From assembly GCA_028282295.1 (NCBI GenBank), contig JANQIE010000147.1, positions 10,992 through 74,991 of the forward strand: a stretch of 64,000 nt of DNA, written 5' to 3'. This document shows positions 39,141-47,654 of the stretch, one piece after another. The translations under genes were made by a program, and so were the position numbers. Each line of letters begins with the position of its first letter. Positions within the stretch are counted from its first letter, which is position 1. This DNA comes from Desulfobacterales bacterium. GTDB lineage: Bacteria; Desulfobacterota; Desulfobacteria; Desulfobacterales; JANQIE01. The notes below the pieces were generated by a model. The model ran no database searches. It saw nothing but the letters and a program-made list of their open reading frames with translations, and was not told the origin of the DNA.

Positions 39141-39998
39141 TCACGCGCCAAACACAATCCCGACATAGCCAACCAAACTATCCCCCGGACTTTTATCATA
39201 GCTGGTGGCATAGGCCACTTTTGCCGCCCTTTCAGCGCCCAGGGCTTTGCCGGCGGCAAGGGCGGTGGCCACGGCGCCGCTGCAACAGGCGTTCTGGTTG
39301 GTGCGCGCTTCGGTCAGGACCCGCTCGGCGTCCAGCGCCAGCATGGCATCAATTACTTTGGGATCGTTTTCGGATTGGACCCACTGTGCGGCTTGTGGTC
39401 CGGTGCCCTGGGGCATGAAGCCGTAATTGGTGCCGTAGTGCGTCAGGTCGGTGGAGCCGATTACCTTGATGTTCAGCTTCATGTCAGCGGCCAGTTCAGC
39501 CAGGGTCCGGCCGATATCAAGGGCTTCGGACCGGGGAGACGCGCCAATGGGCACAATGCGGGCATCGGCGAAATAGTGCTTGATGAAGGGGAGCTGCAAT
39601 TCAATGGTGTTGTCGGGATTGAATTTTTGTGCGGTTTCTACCCGGAATTGAAAGCGCTCGTTCAACGCGCCGGCCAATGGGGTGTCGATGGGCAACTCGC
39701 CCAGGGGGGTGGCCCACGCACCGTCGAGCATGATAAAATTGGATGAACCGGGATGCAGGTGCATGCCCAGGATCACCACCACATCAGGCGCCGGACCGTT
39801 AGCCAGGCAGGCGATGACGTTGCATGCGATACTGCCGGAATAGTACCAGCCGGCATGGGGCACAACCCCGCCGTGCCAGTTTTCGGCGGCCAGCGCCTTG
39901 GTGTCGATTTCATTTTCAAAGGCCAGGATCTGCTTCCGGCATTCCGGCGCCGATCCCGGATACCAACTGCCTGCGAAAACAGCTTCACGAATCTGCAT
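39141..39998 (-). CDS. MEMO1-family protein (AmmeMemoRadiSam system protein B-like)
   Basis: MQIREAVFAGSWYPG start and VPHAGWYYSG motif characteristic of Memo-like dioxygenase-fold proteins. Confidence 0.75.
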   Translation of the reverse strand: MQIREAVFAGSWYPGSAPECRKQILAFENEIDTKALAAENWHGGVVPHAGWYYSGSIACNVIACLANGPAPDVVVILGMHLHPGSSNFIMLDGAWATPLGELPIDTPLAGALNERFQFRVETAQKFNPDNTIELQLPFIKHYFADARIVPIGASPRSEALDIGRTLAELAADMKLNIKVIGSTDLTHYGTNYGFMPQGTGPQAAQWVQSENDPKVIDAMLALDAERVLTEARTNQNACCSGAVATALAAGKALGAERAAKVAYATSYDKSPGDSLVGYVGIVFGA

Positions 39999-40186
39999 GT
40001 TATCCGCCTTTCCATATTTGCGGTTCACTCTGACAAGCGGTTGGGCCGCCGATCCTTGCCGATGAAGATCTATAAGAACTTGACATCATTTCGGGCAGGA
40101 AGTAGTTTGGCAGGGTTATCGATCGGACGGGAAAACCGCTTGTATGGTCACATCAAAAAAAGATCCACCCTGTCACGATTTAACAA

Positions 40187-40332
40187 GTGTCCATCCGGAA
40201 ATGGCATCTTTTGGCCCCCGGCGGGGTTCTCGCATTTTTAAAATCCTCGACATAGCCCGCTATGCCTGCGGTTTTAAAAACGCTCGGGCCTCGCCGGGCG
40301 CCAAAAGTTACCATTTCCGGATGGACACTAGC
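40187..40332. repeat. 146-bp palindromic MITE-like element, copy 2
   Basis: Aligns end to end with 38245-38390. Termini GTGTCCATCCGGAAAT ... ATTTCCGGATGGACAC. Confidence 0.8.
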
Positions 40333-40439
40333 AAGGATCTTTTTTTTTGCAATAAAATGATTAAACTAAGCTGTGAATTCAAAATACGACATTTGGTCGA
40401 TGTGGTCCCCCCCTGGTTTTACAATTTCAACAAATCGAC

Positions 40440-40455
40440 CGGGCGCAAGGTTGCA
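40440..40455 (+). promoter_or_regulatory. possible sigma-54 (-24/-12) promoter upstream of nifU
   Basis: cGGGCGCAAGGTTGCA fits GG-N8-TTGCA spacing of TGGCACG-N4-TTGCW. It ends 36 nt before the nifU ATG. The -24 half is a weak match. Confidence 0.3.
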
Positions 40456-40491
40456 TCAGACCATGGATCTGACCACTGACAGGAGGCAAAC

Positions 40492-41316
40492 ATGTGGGAA
40501 TACACGGATAAGTTGCGCGAACATTTTTTAAATCCCTGCAATGTCGGCGCCATTGATGATGCGGACGGAATCGGCGAAGTCGGCTCGTTGGCTTGCGGCG
40601 ACGCCTTGAAACTGTTTTTCAAGGTGGATGACAACGAGCGCATCGTGGATGTGAAATTTCAAACCTTCGGTTGCGCCAGCGCCATTGCATCTTCATCAGC
40701 CCTGACGGAAATGATCAAAGGAAAAACACTGCAAGAGGCTGAAAAAATAAGCAACGAGGATATCGCCGAATTTCTGGGCGGCCTGCCCAAGGAAAAGATG
40801 CACTGCTCGGTCATGGGCCGGGATGCCCTGGAAAAGGCCATTGCCAATTTCCGTGGTGACGGCGGCAAGAAAAAAGAGGGTGACATTGTATGTGAGTGTT
40901 TCGGCATCACCGATGTCGAAATCAAGCGGGCGGTCAATGAAAACAATCTCAAATCGATTGACGATGTCACCGACTACGTGAAAGCCGGCGGTGGCTGCGG
41001 CAACTGCCATGACCGGATTCAGGCGATCATAGATACCGCCCTGGGCAAAAAACCGCTCGAAATCATCAAACCGGTGCGCCTGACCAATTTACAAAAAATC
41101 AAACTGATCGAAGAGACATTGGAAGCCGATATCAAACCGGCGCTGAAACAGGATGGCGGTAATATCGAGCTGGTCGATGTAGACGGCAACCGCGTCTATG
41201 TTCGTATGATTGGTAGCTGCGCGACTTGCAGCAAATCCCAACTAACCCTTAAAAATCATGTGGAGTCGAAGTTGCGCCAGAAAGTGACCCCTGAACTGAT
41301 TGTAGAGGAGGTTTAA
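40492..41316 (+). CDS. nifU: Fe-S cluster assembly scaffold NifU (IscU-like N domain, central 2Fe-2S domain, C-terminal NifU domain)
   Basis: GSLACGDALKL and FGCASAIASS (IscU Cys ligands), central CECF..C..C, C-terminal GSCATCSKSQ. Confidence 0.9.
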   Translation: MWEYTDKLREHFLNPCNVGAIDDADGIGEVGSLACGDALKLFFKVDDNERIVDVKFQTFGCASAIASSSALTEMIKGKTLQEAEKISNEDIAEFLGGLPKEKMHCSVMGRDALEKAIANFRGDGGKKKEGDIVCECFGITDVEIKRAVNENNLKSIDDVTDYVKAGGGCGNCHDRIQAIIDTALGKKPLEIIKPVRLTNLQKIKLIEETLEADIKPALKQDGGNIELVDVDGNRVYVRMIGSCATCSKSQLTLKNHVESKLRQKVTPELIVEEV

Positions 41317-41319
41317 GGC

Positions 41320-42510
41320 ATGCAGGTGATTTATCTGGACAACAACGCAACGACGCGGGTGGCCCCCGAGGTTGTGGAAGAAATGCTGCCGTATTTGAGC
41401 GAATTCTATGGCAATCCGTCAAGCATGCACTCTTTTGGCGGCCGGGTGGGCGATAAAATCAAGACGGCCCGCGAGCAGGTGGCCCGTTTGATCGGCGCCT
41501 CGCCCGAGGAGATCATCTTCACCAGTTGCGGCACGGAAAGCGACAGCACGGCGGTACGCGCGGCCCTGGCAACGCAACCGGACAAGAAACATATCATCAC
41601 TTCACGGGTAGAACATCCGGCCATCAAAAATCTATGCGAATATCTAGCCAAAAACGACTACCGGGTAACCTACGTACCGGTTGACCGTGAGGGACGCCTT
41701 GATCTCGACTACCTCTACCGCAGCTTGACCGACGACACCGCCATCGTGTCGCTGATGTGGGCCAACAATGAATCCGGGGTCATATTTCCCATTGAAGAAG
41801 TCGCCGCGAAGATAAAGGCCAAAGGCATTTTACTGCACACCGATGCGGTTCAGGCCGCAGGCAAGGTGCCGGTGGATGTCAATGCAAGCCAAGTGGACAT
41901 GCTTTCCATGTCCGGACACAAAATCCACGCGCCCAAAGGCGTGGGGGTACTGTACGTGCGCAAGGCAACGCCCTATGCGCCGTTTATGCTGGGAGGCCAC
42001 CAAGAGCACGGCCGCCGCGGCGGGACTGAAAATGTCGCCTCGATCATCGGCTTAGGCAAAGCCTGTGAAATGGCCGCCGAGCACCTTGACGATATGCAAA
42101 CAAGGGTGCGGGGCCTGCGTGACAAGCTGGAAACCGCCCTGCTGACCCAAATCCCCAACTCCATGGTCAACGGCACACATGATCGTGACGACCGTCTGCC
42201 CAACACCACCAGCATCGCTTATGAGTTCGTAGAAGGCGAGGCGATTCTGCTTATGATGAACGAGTTGGGCATTTGCGCCTCATCCGGTTCGGCCTGCACC
42301 TCGGGATCGTTGGAACCTTCGCATGTGCTGCGCGCCATGAATGTACCGTTCACAGCTGCCCACGGCTCCATTCGCTACAGCCTGAGCAGCTACACCACGG
42401 CAAAAGAGATCGATTTTGTGATTGAAAAAATGCCGCCCATCATTTCACGCCTGCGGGAAATGTCACCCTTCTGGCAGGAAGCCGCACAGAATCAACTCGT
42501 CGGCTCCTGA
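41320..42510 (+). CDS. nifS: cysteine desulfurase NifS
   Basis: PLP Lys SGHKIHAPKG and active-site loop SSGSACTSG. 3 nt after nifU. Confidence 0.9.
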   Translation: MQVIYLDNNATTRVAPEVVEEMLPYLSEFYGNPSSMHSFGGRVGDKIKTAREQVARLIGASPEEIIFTSCGTESDSTAVRAALATQPDKKHIITSRVEHPAIKNLCEYLAKNDYRVTYVPVDREGRLDLDYLYRSLTDDTAIVSLMWANNESGVIFPIEEVAAKIKAKGILLHTDAVQAAGKVPVDVNASQVDMLSMSGHKIHAPKGVGVLYVRKATPYAPFMLGGHQEHGRRGGTENVASIIGLGKACEMAAEHLDDMQTRVRGLRDKLETALLTQIPNSMVNGTHDRDDRLPNTTSIAYEFVEGEAILLMMNELGICASSGSACTSGSLEPSHVLRAMNVPFTAAHGSIRYSLSSYTTAKEIDFVIEKMPPIISRLREMSPFWQEAAQNQLVGS

Positions 42511-42551
42511 ATTCACACCACACCATATTATAAAACAGAAGGATAATCGAC

Positions 42552-44153
42552 ATGTTCAAAGTAATGCTCAGGGACAACCTGTCGCCCGTGGCGCGGGAGA
42601 TTCTGGAAGCAACCGGCAAGATTGAAGTGGTGGTGGACAACGACAAACAAACATCCGACCCGGATGTTCTGGCCGGGTTGATCGGCAATTACGACGCGGT
42701 GGCCGTGCGTAGCGGAACCCGCCTGACCCGGGCAGTGATCGACCGGGCCGCCAGGTTGAAAGCAATCGGCCGGGCCGGTATCGGCGTGGATAACATCGAT
42801 GTGAAGGCCGCCAGTCGCAAAGGGGTGGTGGTAATGAACGCCCCGGGCGGCAATACCGTAACAACGGCCGAGCACGCGCTGTCCATGATGATGGCCCTGG
42901 CCCGCAATATTCCCCAGGCCACGGCCTCCATGCGCGCCGGCAAATGGGAGAAGAAAAAACTGACCGGCACTGAAATCACCGGCAAAACCCTCGGCGTGGT
43001 GGGGCTGGGCCAAATCGGCCGTATTGTGGCCGAGCGCGCCCGTGGCCTGCAGATGCATGTTCTGGCCGCCGATCCCTTTATCAGCCCGGATGCCGCCAAG
43101 GCGCTGGGCGTCGAGCTTTGCGCGCTTGATGACCTGTTGGCGCGGGCTGATTTCGTCACCCTGCATGTTCCCCGGTTGAAAGAAACCATCGGCATGTTCA
43201 ACGCACAAACCCTGGCGCGAATGAAACCCGGCGCACGCCTGATCAACTGTAGTCGCGGTGACGTGGTCAACTTGGACGATTTACACCAGGCGCTTGAAAA
43301 AGGCCATCTGGCCGGCGCCGCCCTGGATGTCTTTCCTCAGGAACCCCCGGACATAAGTCTGCCGGTGTTACAGCACCCGAATGTTATTTTAACGCCGCAT
43401 TTGGGGGCGGCCACCAGTGAAGCTCAGGATAAAGTTGCCTCCATGGTCGCCCATCAGATTGCCGCGTACCTGATATCCGGAACCATCACCAACGCACTTA
43501 ATTTCCCCTCGGTGTCCAGAGAAGTCATGGAAGAGATCCGGCCTCATATATCTTTGGCTGAAAAGATGGGAGCGCTCATGGGGCAGTTATCGGACAAGGT
43601 TTACGATCTGGTTATTTCTTACACCGGCGAAGTGGCGCGGCTTGACACCCAGCCCTTGACCCACGCCGTTTTGAAGGGTTATCTGGGCGCCTTCACGGAC
43701 ACGCCGGTCAACTATGTCAGCGCACCGGCCCTGGCGGCAGAAAAGGGAATCAAGGTCAAGGAGACGGTGCGGCGGGAAGTCAAAGACGACTTTGCCGGCG
43801 TGATTCAGATTAAACTAGTCGATCATGATCAGGGACCGGATGAAATCTGGGGTGCGATCTTCGGAAAAATCCACCCGCGAATCGTACGGCTCGGACGCAT
43901 TTACATGGATGCCTTGCCCCAGGGCCATATGCTGGTCATCCAGAATATCGACAAACCCGGCGTCATCGGCAATGTGGGCACCACCCTGGGGCATCACCGG
44001 ATCAACATCGGGCGGTTTCAACTAGGCCGCTTGCACGGCAAGGCCCTGTGTATGGTAAACATTGATACGGCTGCGGATGAGAGTGTTATTGAAGATTTAC
44101 AGCAACTGCCGAATATTCTCAGCGTGCGACAAGTGAATATGGGCGAAGCTTGA
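42552..44153 (+). CDS. serA: D-3-phosphoglycerate dehydrogenase (long form with ASB and ACT domains)
   Basis: NAD fold GVVGLGQIGRIVA, catalytic region, and a C-terminal ACT-like domain. 533 aa. Confidence 0.95.
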   Translation: MFKVMLRDNLSPVAREILEATGKIEVVVDNDKQTSDPDVLAGLIGNYDAVAVRSGTRLTRAVIDRAARLKAIGRAGIGVDNIDVKAASRKGVVVMNAPGGNTVTTAEHALSMMMALARNIPQATASMRAGKWEKKKLTGTEITGKTLGVVGLGQIGRIVAERARGLQMHVLAADPFISPDAAKALGVELCALDDLLARADFVTLHVPRLKETIGMFNAQTLARMKPGARLINCSRGDVVNLDDLHQALEKGHLAGAALDVFPQEPPDISLPVLQHPNVILTPHLGAATSEAQDKVASMVAHQIAAYLISGTITNALNFPSVSREVMEEIRPHISLAEKMGALMGQLSDKVYDLVISYTGEVARLDTQPLTHAVLKGYLGAFTDTPVNYVSAPALAAEKGIKVKETVRREVKDDFAGVIQIKLVDHDQGPDEIWGAIFGKIHPRIVRLGRIYMDALPQGHMLVIQNIDKPGVIGNVGTTLGHHRINIGRFQLGRLHGKALCMVNIDTAADESVIEDLQQLPNILSVRQVNMGEA

Positions 44154-44161
44154 GGGGCAAT

Positions 44162-44277
44162 GAAGAATTAAGAATGGGGAGTTAAGAATTGAGGTATGCT
44201 GTCGTTTTTGGCCACCGGTTTTGTAAACTGTTGCCCAACCTCAATTCTTATTTTTTAATTCCAGATTCTTAATTCTC
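44162..44277. repeat. AT-rich periodic-arm hairpin between convergent serA and the response regulator
   Basis: GAAGAATTAAGAATGGGGAGTTAAGAATTGAGG ... CCTCAATTCTTATTTTTTAATTCCAGATTCTTAATTCTC. The arms are colinearly complementary apart from one internal bulge. Confidence 0.75.
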
Positions 44278-44287
44278 CTCAAGGGGG

Positions 44288-44965
44288 TCACGTGTCGTCC
44301 AAATCGTCATAGTACTTGGCGGAACATTCCGGGCATATGGAATGGGACAGGGCGGCTTCCGTGTTTTGGTAAATATACAATTCCAGCGAAACCCAGGAGT
44401 CCATGCGCTCAGGTTCGGCACCGTCCTTACGGATCTTCTTGCAGTGTGAGCAGATCGGCAGAATGCCTTGCAACGTCTTGATTTCCCGCAGGGCCTTTTC
44501 AAGATCGGCATTGGCCGTTTTCAGTTCCTCGTTTTTGTTTGCCAACTCGGTATTTTTTTCCTCGATGACAACCCGGGAATGCTTCAGGGCCAGATGCGTG
44601 CGTACCCTTGCGAGCAGCTCGGCGCTGTTAAAAGGCTTGGCAATGTAATCGACCGCGCCGACTTCAAAGCCTTTCACGATATCTTCTTTTTCGGTTTTGG
44701 CTGTCAGAAAAACAATGGGCAGTTCCTGGCCGTTCAACAACGCCTGTATTTTACGGCAAACTTCAAAGCCGTCCATCTGCGGCATCATGACATCCAGCAG
44801 CACTAGATCAAACGCTTCCGATTCAATCAGCGACAGCGCCTGTTTACCACTGGTTGCATAGGAAATTGCATAGCCCGCCTTTTTCAGAATGCTACCCAGA
44901 ACCTGAATATTCTGCGGAATGTCATCAACAATCAAAATGTTGTATTCGGGATCACTCATAGACAT
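44288..44965 (-). CDS. response regulator: receiver + coiled coil + C-terminal CxxC...CxxC module (no DNA-binding domain recognised)
   Basis: Receiver motifs (ILIVDD, LVLLDVMMPQMDG, LTAK). C-terminus LPICSHCKKIRKDG ... SHSICPECSAKYY. Confidence 0.85.
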   Translation of the reverse strand: MSMSDPEYNILIVDDIPQNIQVLGSILKKAGYAISYATSGKQALSLIESEAFDLVLLDVMMPQMDGFEVCRKIQALLNGQELPIVFLTAKTEKEDIVKGFEVGAVDYIAKPFNSAELLARVRTHLALKHSRVVIEEKNTELANKNEELKTANADLEKALREIKTLQGILPICSHCKKIRKDGAEPERMDSWVSLELYIYQNTEAALSHSICPECSAKYYDDLDDT

Positions 44966-47597
44966 TTTCTTCCAATTTAGTTCTAATCTTTTGAATCAGG
45001 CCCGGATAGTCATCAAGGGCCTGAGCCATATTTTCGATATCCATTTCGTTAACCAAAGCCACTAAATTCGAACCCAGCGTCGTTAGCGGTTCTATCGCAT
45101 AATTCTCACCCAAAGTCGTCAACCGCTGTGCAAATGCTTCGGTATCGGGGATGCATTGGCGGCGACAAACCTCCTTCCATTGCTCATCAAGGGTGCCATT
45201 GATAATGGCAAGTAATTTTTTCCGTTCGGTTTTATCATCGGGCAACACCACATCGTTGAGACTCGCGTCCAAACCGGCCGTTTCATCACTTTTGAGCTGG
45301 GTCCCGCGCTCATCGACGAACGGGATAAATTGGCGGAGTGTTTTGACCAGGTCTTTGCGATCAAAGGGTTTGATCAAAAAAGTGTCGAAACCGCTGGCCT
45401 GGATGCGGTCGATATCTTCCTTCATGCCGGCGGCCGTCATCGCGATCACCGGTATGTTTTGGGTGGCGTTATTTAACCGGATCTTTTCAAGGGCTTCATA
45501 GCCGTTTAAATGGGGCATTTTTAAATCAAGCAAAATGACATCGGGAATTTCGCTGCGCGCCACGTTAACGGCTTGCCGGCCGTCTTCGGCTTCAAGCAAG
45601 GTTAAGCGGGTATCCTCAAATATCTCTTTTATCAGGCTGCGCGTGATGGCGATGTCATCGGCAATCAGGACGGTTGCCGCCTGCAATCTACTCGCGTCGT
45701 CAAACGATTCATCCGCCGGCGAGGGATGCTTTAAAAACTCACCGATCGCCACACGATACAAGCTGATTTTAAACTGGCTGCCTTTGCCGGGTGCGCTGGT
45801 CAGATTGATCCGCCCGCCCATATTGTTCACCAAGTTACGGGAAATCGTCAAACCCAACCCGGTGCCGCCATAGCGGGAAAGACTTTGACCGCTTTGCTGG
45901 TGAAAAGCACCGAAGATATATCGCTGCGCGCTACGTTCAATGCCGATACCGGTGTCTGCCACTTCAATTTCGAGATCGACATGGCGTGGGTCGGGCCTGG
46001 CGGTGACACGGGCATACAAACAAACACTCCCTTTTTCAGTAAATTTAACGGCATTGGCGATCAGGTTGAACAGGACTTGTCGCATGCGCGCCTCGTCAAG
46101 CATCAATACGTCCGGCACATCGTTTTGTACGATACTGCGAAAGGCGATCCCCTTTTGTTCGATTCGGGCTGAAAAGATCTTTTCGATTTCTTCAAACAAG
46201 GAGGCCAGGCTGATCGGTTCTGAAAGGATTTCCAATTTGCCGGCTTCGATCTTGGACAGGTCCAGGATATCGTTGATCAGTGTCAGCAGATTTTTGCTAC
46301 TCGATTTGATCGCCTCCAGATAACGTTTATGCTGTGGTTTATGCGATCCGTTGTCGAGCAGATCGGTAAAGCCGATAATTGCGTTCATCGGGGTCCGAAT
46401 TTCATGGCTCATATTGGCCAGAAACAGACTCTTGGCCTTGCTGGCGGCCTCGGCGGCCTGGCGCTCTTTTTCGGCTTGGGCCTTGGCGCGCCGTGCACTG
46501 ATATCGACGATAGAGCCAGCGTAGTGTTGCAATTTACCGTAGTCGTTGTATACCGACCGCGCGGCGATGGCGGCCCAAAAAATACTGCTGTCTTTTTTTC
46601 GCAACCGGGTTTCAAATCCCAATATTTGAGTCTTGCGTTTCAGCAGTTTTTCGAACCGGCTGTAATCGGCCGGTTCAACAAACAACTGTTGGGCGATGTC
46701 CGTGATCGAGTGCATCAACTCGGCTTCGGACCCATACCCCAGAATACGGGCCATGGACGGATTCACGGTGACAAATTGCCGGTTGGTGGTGTTGGTCTGG
46801 AAAATTCCCTCGATGGCGTTTTCAAATATGCTGCGATATTTCTCCTCGGCCTGCACCAGATCGTGCCGCCCCTGATGCAGTTGCACCGACATCTGGTTGA
46901 ACGCCTGGGCCATTTCACCGATTTCATCCTTGGCATCCAGGTGCACGGTTTTCCCCAACTGTCCATTTTGCAGCATATCAATGGTGTTATGTAAAAGAAA
47001 TACCGGTTTCAAAACCAGACGTGTCAAAAGGATATTGAGTAAAACTGCCATCAAAAAAAGAGTGGTGAGCAAAAGGGTCAGTGAAATGGTCACCGATAAA
47101 ATCGTATTTCTTTTCAGATCGGCTAAATCATAGTAAATTTTAACATAACCGATCTTGCGCCCAATTACTTTGATTTGATTCAAATAGACCGCCATTGAGC
47201 GGTTGTTTATTCTTTGCATCTTGAAGCTGGCATCCTGTTCGCCAAGATCCATCTGTTCGGCCGCTACAAGAGGCGCTTTAAATTCGTCATGCGTCGACAT
47301 ATACACACTGCCGTCGGTTTTATAAATGGTCGCAGCCGCAACAAACTGCACTTTCAAAAAATCATTGAGCGTTTCGGTCAGGGCCCGCTGTTGGTTAGCG
47401 AACAATTCGTTGGCCAGATCCTCGTTTTTTTGACGTGCCACCGTTTCCAGCAGCAGGCGCACCTTGGCCAAATGTGCGTTGTAGCGCCGATTTTCAAATG
47501 GATAGAGACTTGCCCCCGAGATGATGGCGATACCGACCGCCGTCACCACAATCGCGGCGTTGATTTTCAGTCTCAATCCTTTGCGTTTAAGTTGCAT
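44952..47597 (-). CDS. hybrid sensor histidine kinase (2 TM with periplasmic loop, HAMP, PAS, HisKA, HATPase_c, receiver, C-terminal helical domain)
   Basis: H-box MSHEIRTPMN. N/G boxes. Receiver VLIADD ... ILLDLKMPHLNG. 14-nt overlap with the response-regulator start. Confidence 0.9.
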   Translation of the reverse strand: MQLKRKGLRLKINAAIVVTAVGIAIISGASLYPFENRRYNAHLAKVRLLLETVARQKNEDLANELFANQQRALTETLNDFLKVQFVAAATIYKTDGSVYMSTHDEFKAPLVAAEQMDLGEQDASFKMQRINNRSMAVYLNQIKVIGRKIGYVKIYYDLADLKRNTILSVTISLTLLLTTLFLMAVLLNILLTRLVLKPVFLLHNTIDMLQNGQLGKTVHLDAKDEIGEMAQAFNQMSVQLHQGRHDLVQAEEKYRSIFENAIEGIFQTNTTNRQFVTVNPSMARILGYGSEAELMHSITDIAQQLFVEPADYSRFEKLLKRKTQILGFETRLRKKDSSIFWAAIAARSVYNDYGKLQHYAGSIVDISARRAKAQAEKERQAAEAASKAKSLFLANMSHEIRTPMNAIIGFTDLLDNGSHKPQHKRYLEAIKSSSKNLLTLINDILDLSKIEAGKLEILSEPISLASLFEEIEKIFSARIEQKGIAFRSIVQNDVPDVLMLDEARMRQVLFNLIANAVKFTEKGSVCLYARVTARPDPRHVDLEIEVADTGIGIERSAQRYIFGAFHQQSGQSLSRYGGTGLGLTISRNLVNNMGGRINLTSAPGKGSQFKISLYRVAIGEFLKHPSPADESFDDASRLQAATVLIADDIAITRSLIKEIFEDTRLTLLEAEDGRQAVNVARSEIPDVILLDLKMPHLNGYEALEKIRLNNATQNIPVIAMTAAGMKEDIDRIQASGFDTFLIKPFDRKDLVKTLRQFIPFVDERGTQLKSDETAGLDASLNDVVLPDDKTERKKLLAIINGTLDEQWKEVCRRQCIPDTEAFAQRLTTLGENYAIEPLTTLGSNLVALVNEMDIENMAQALDDYPGLIQKIRTKLEENVYE

Positions 47598-47654
47598 CGC
47601 GCTTTCAGTGTTTCAGCCGGACAAATGTGTGTCGTTACATCACCAACCTGTGAC

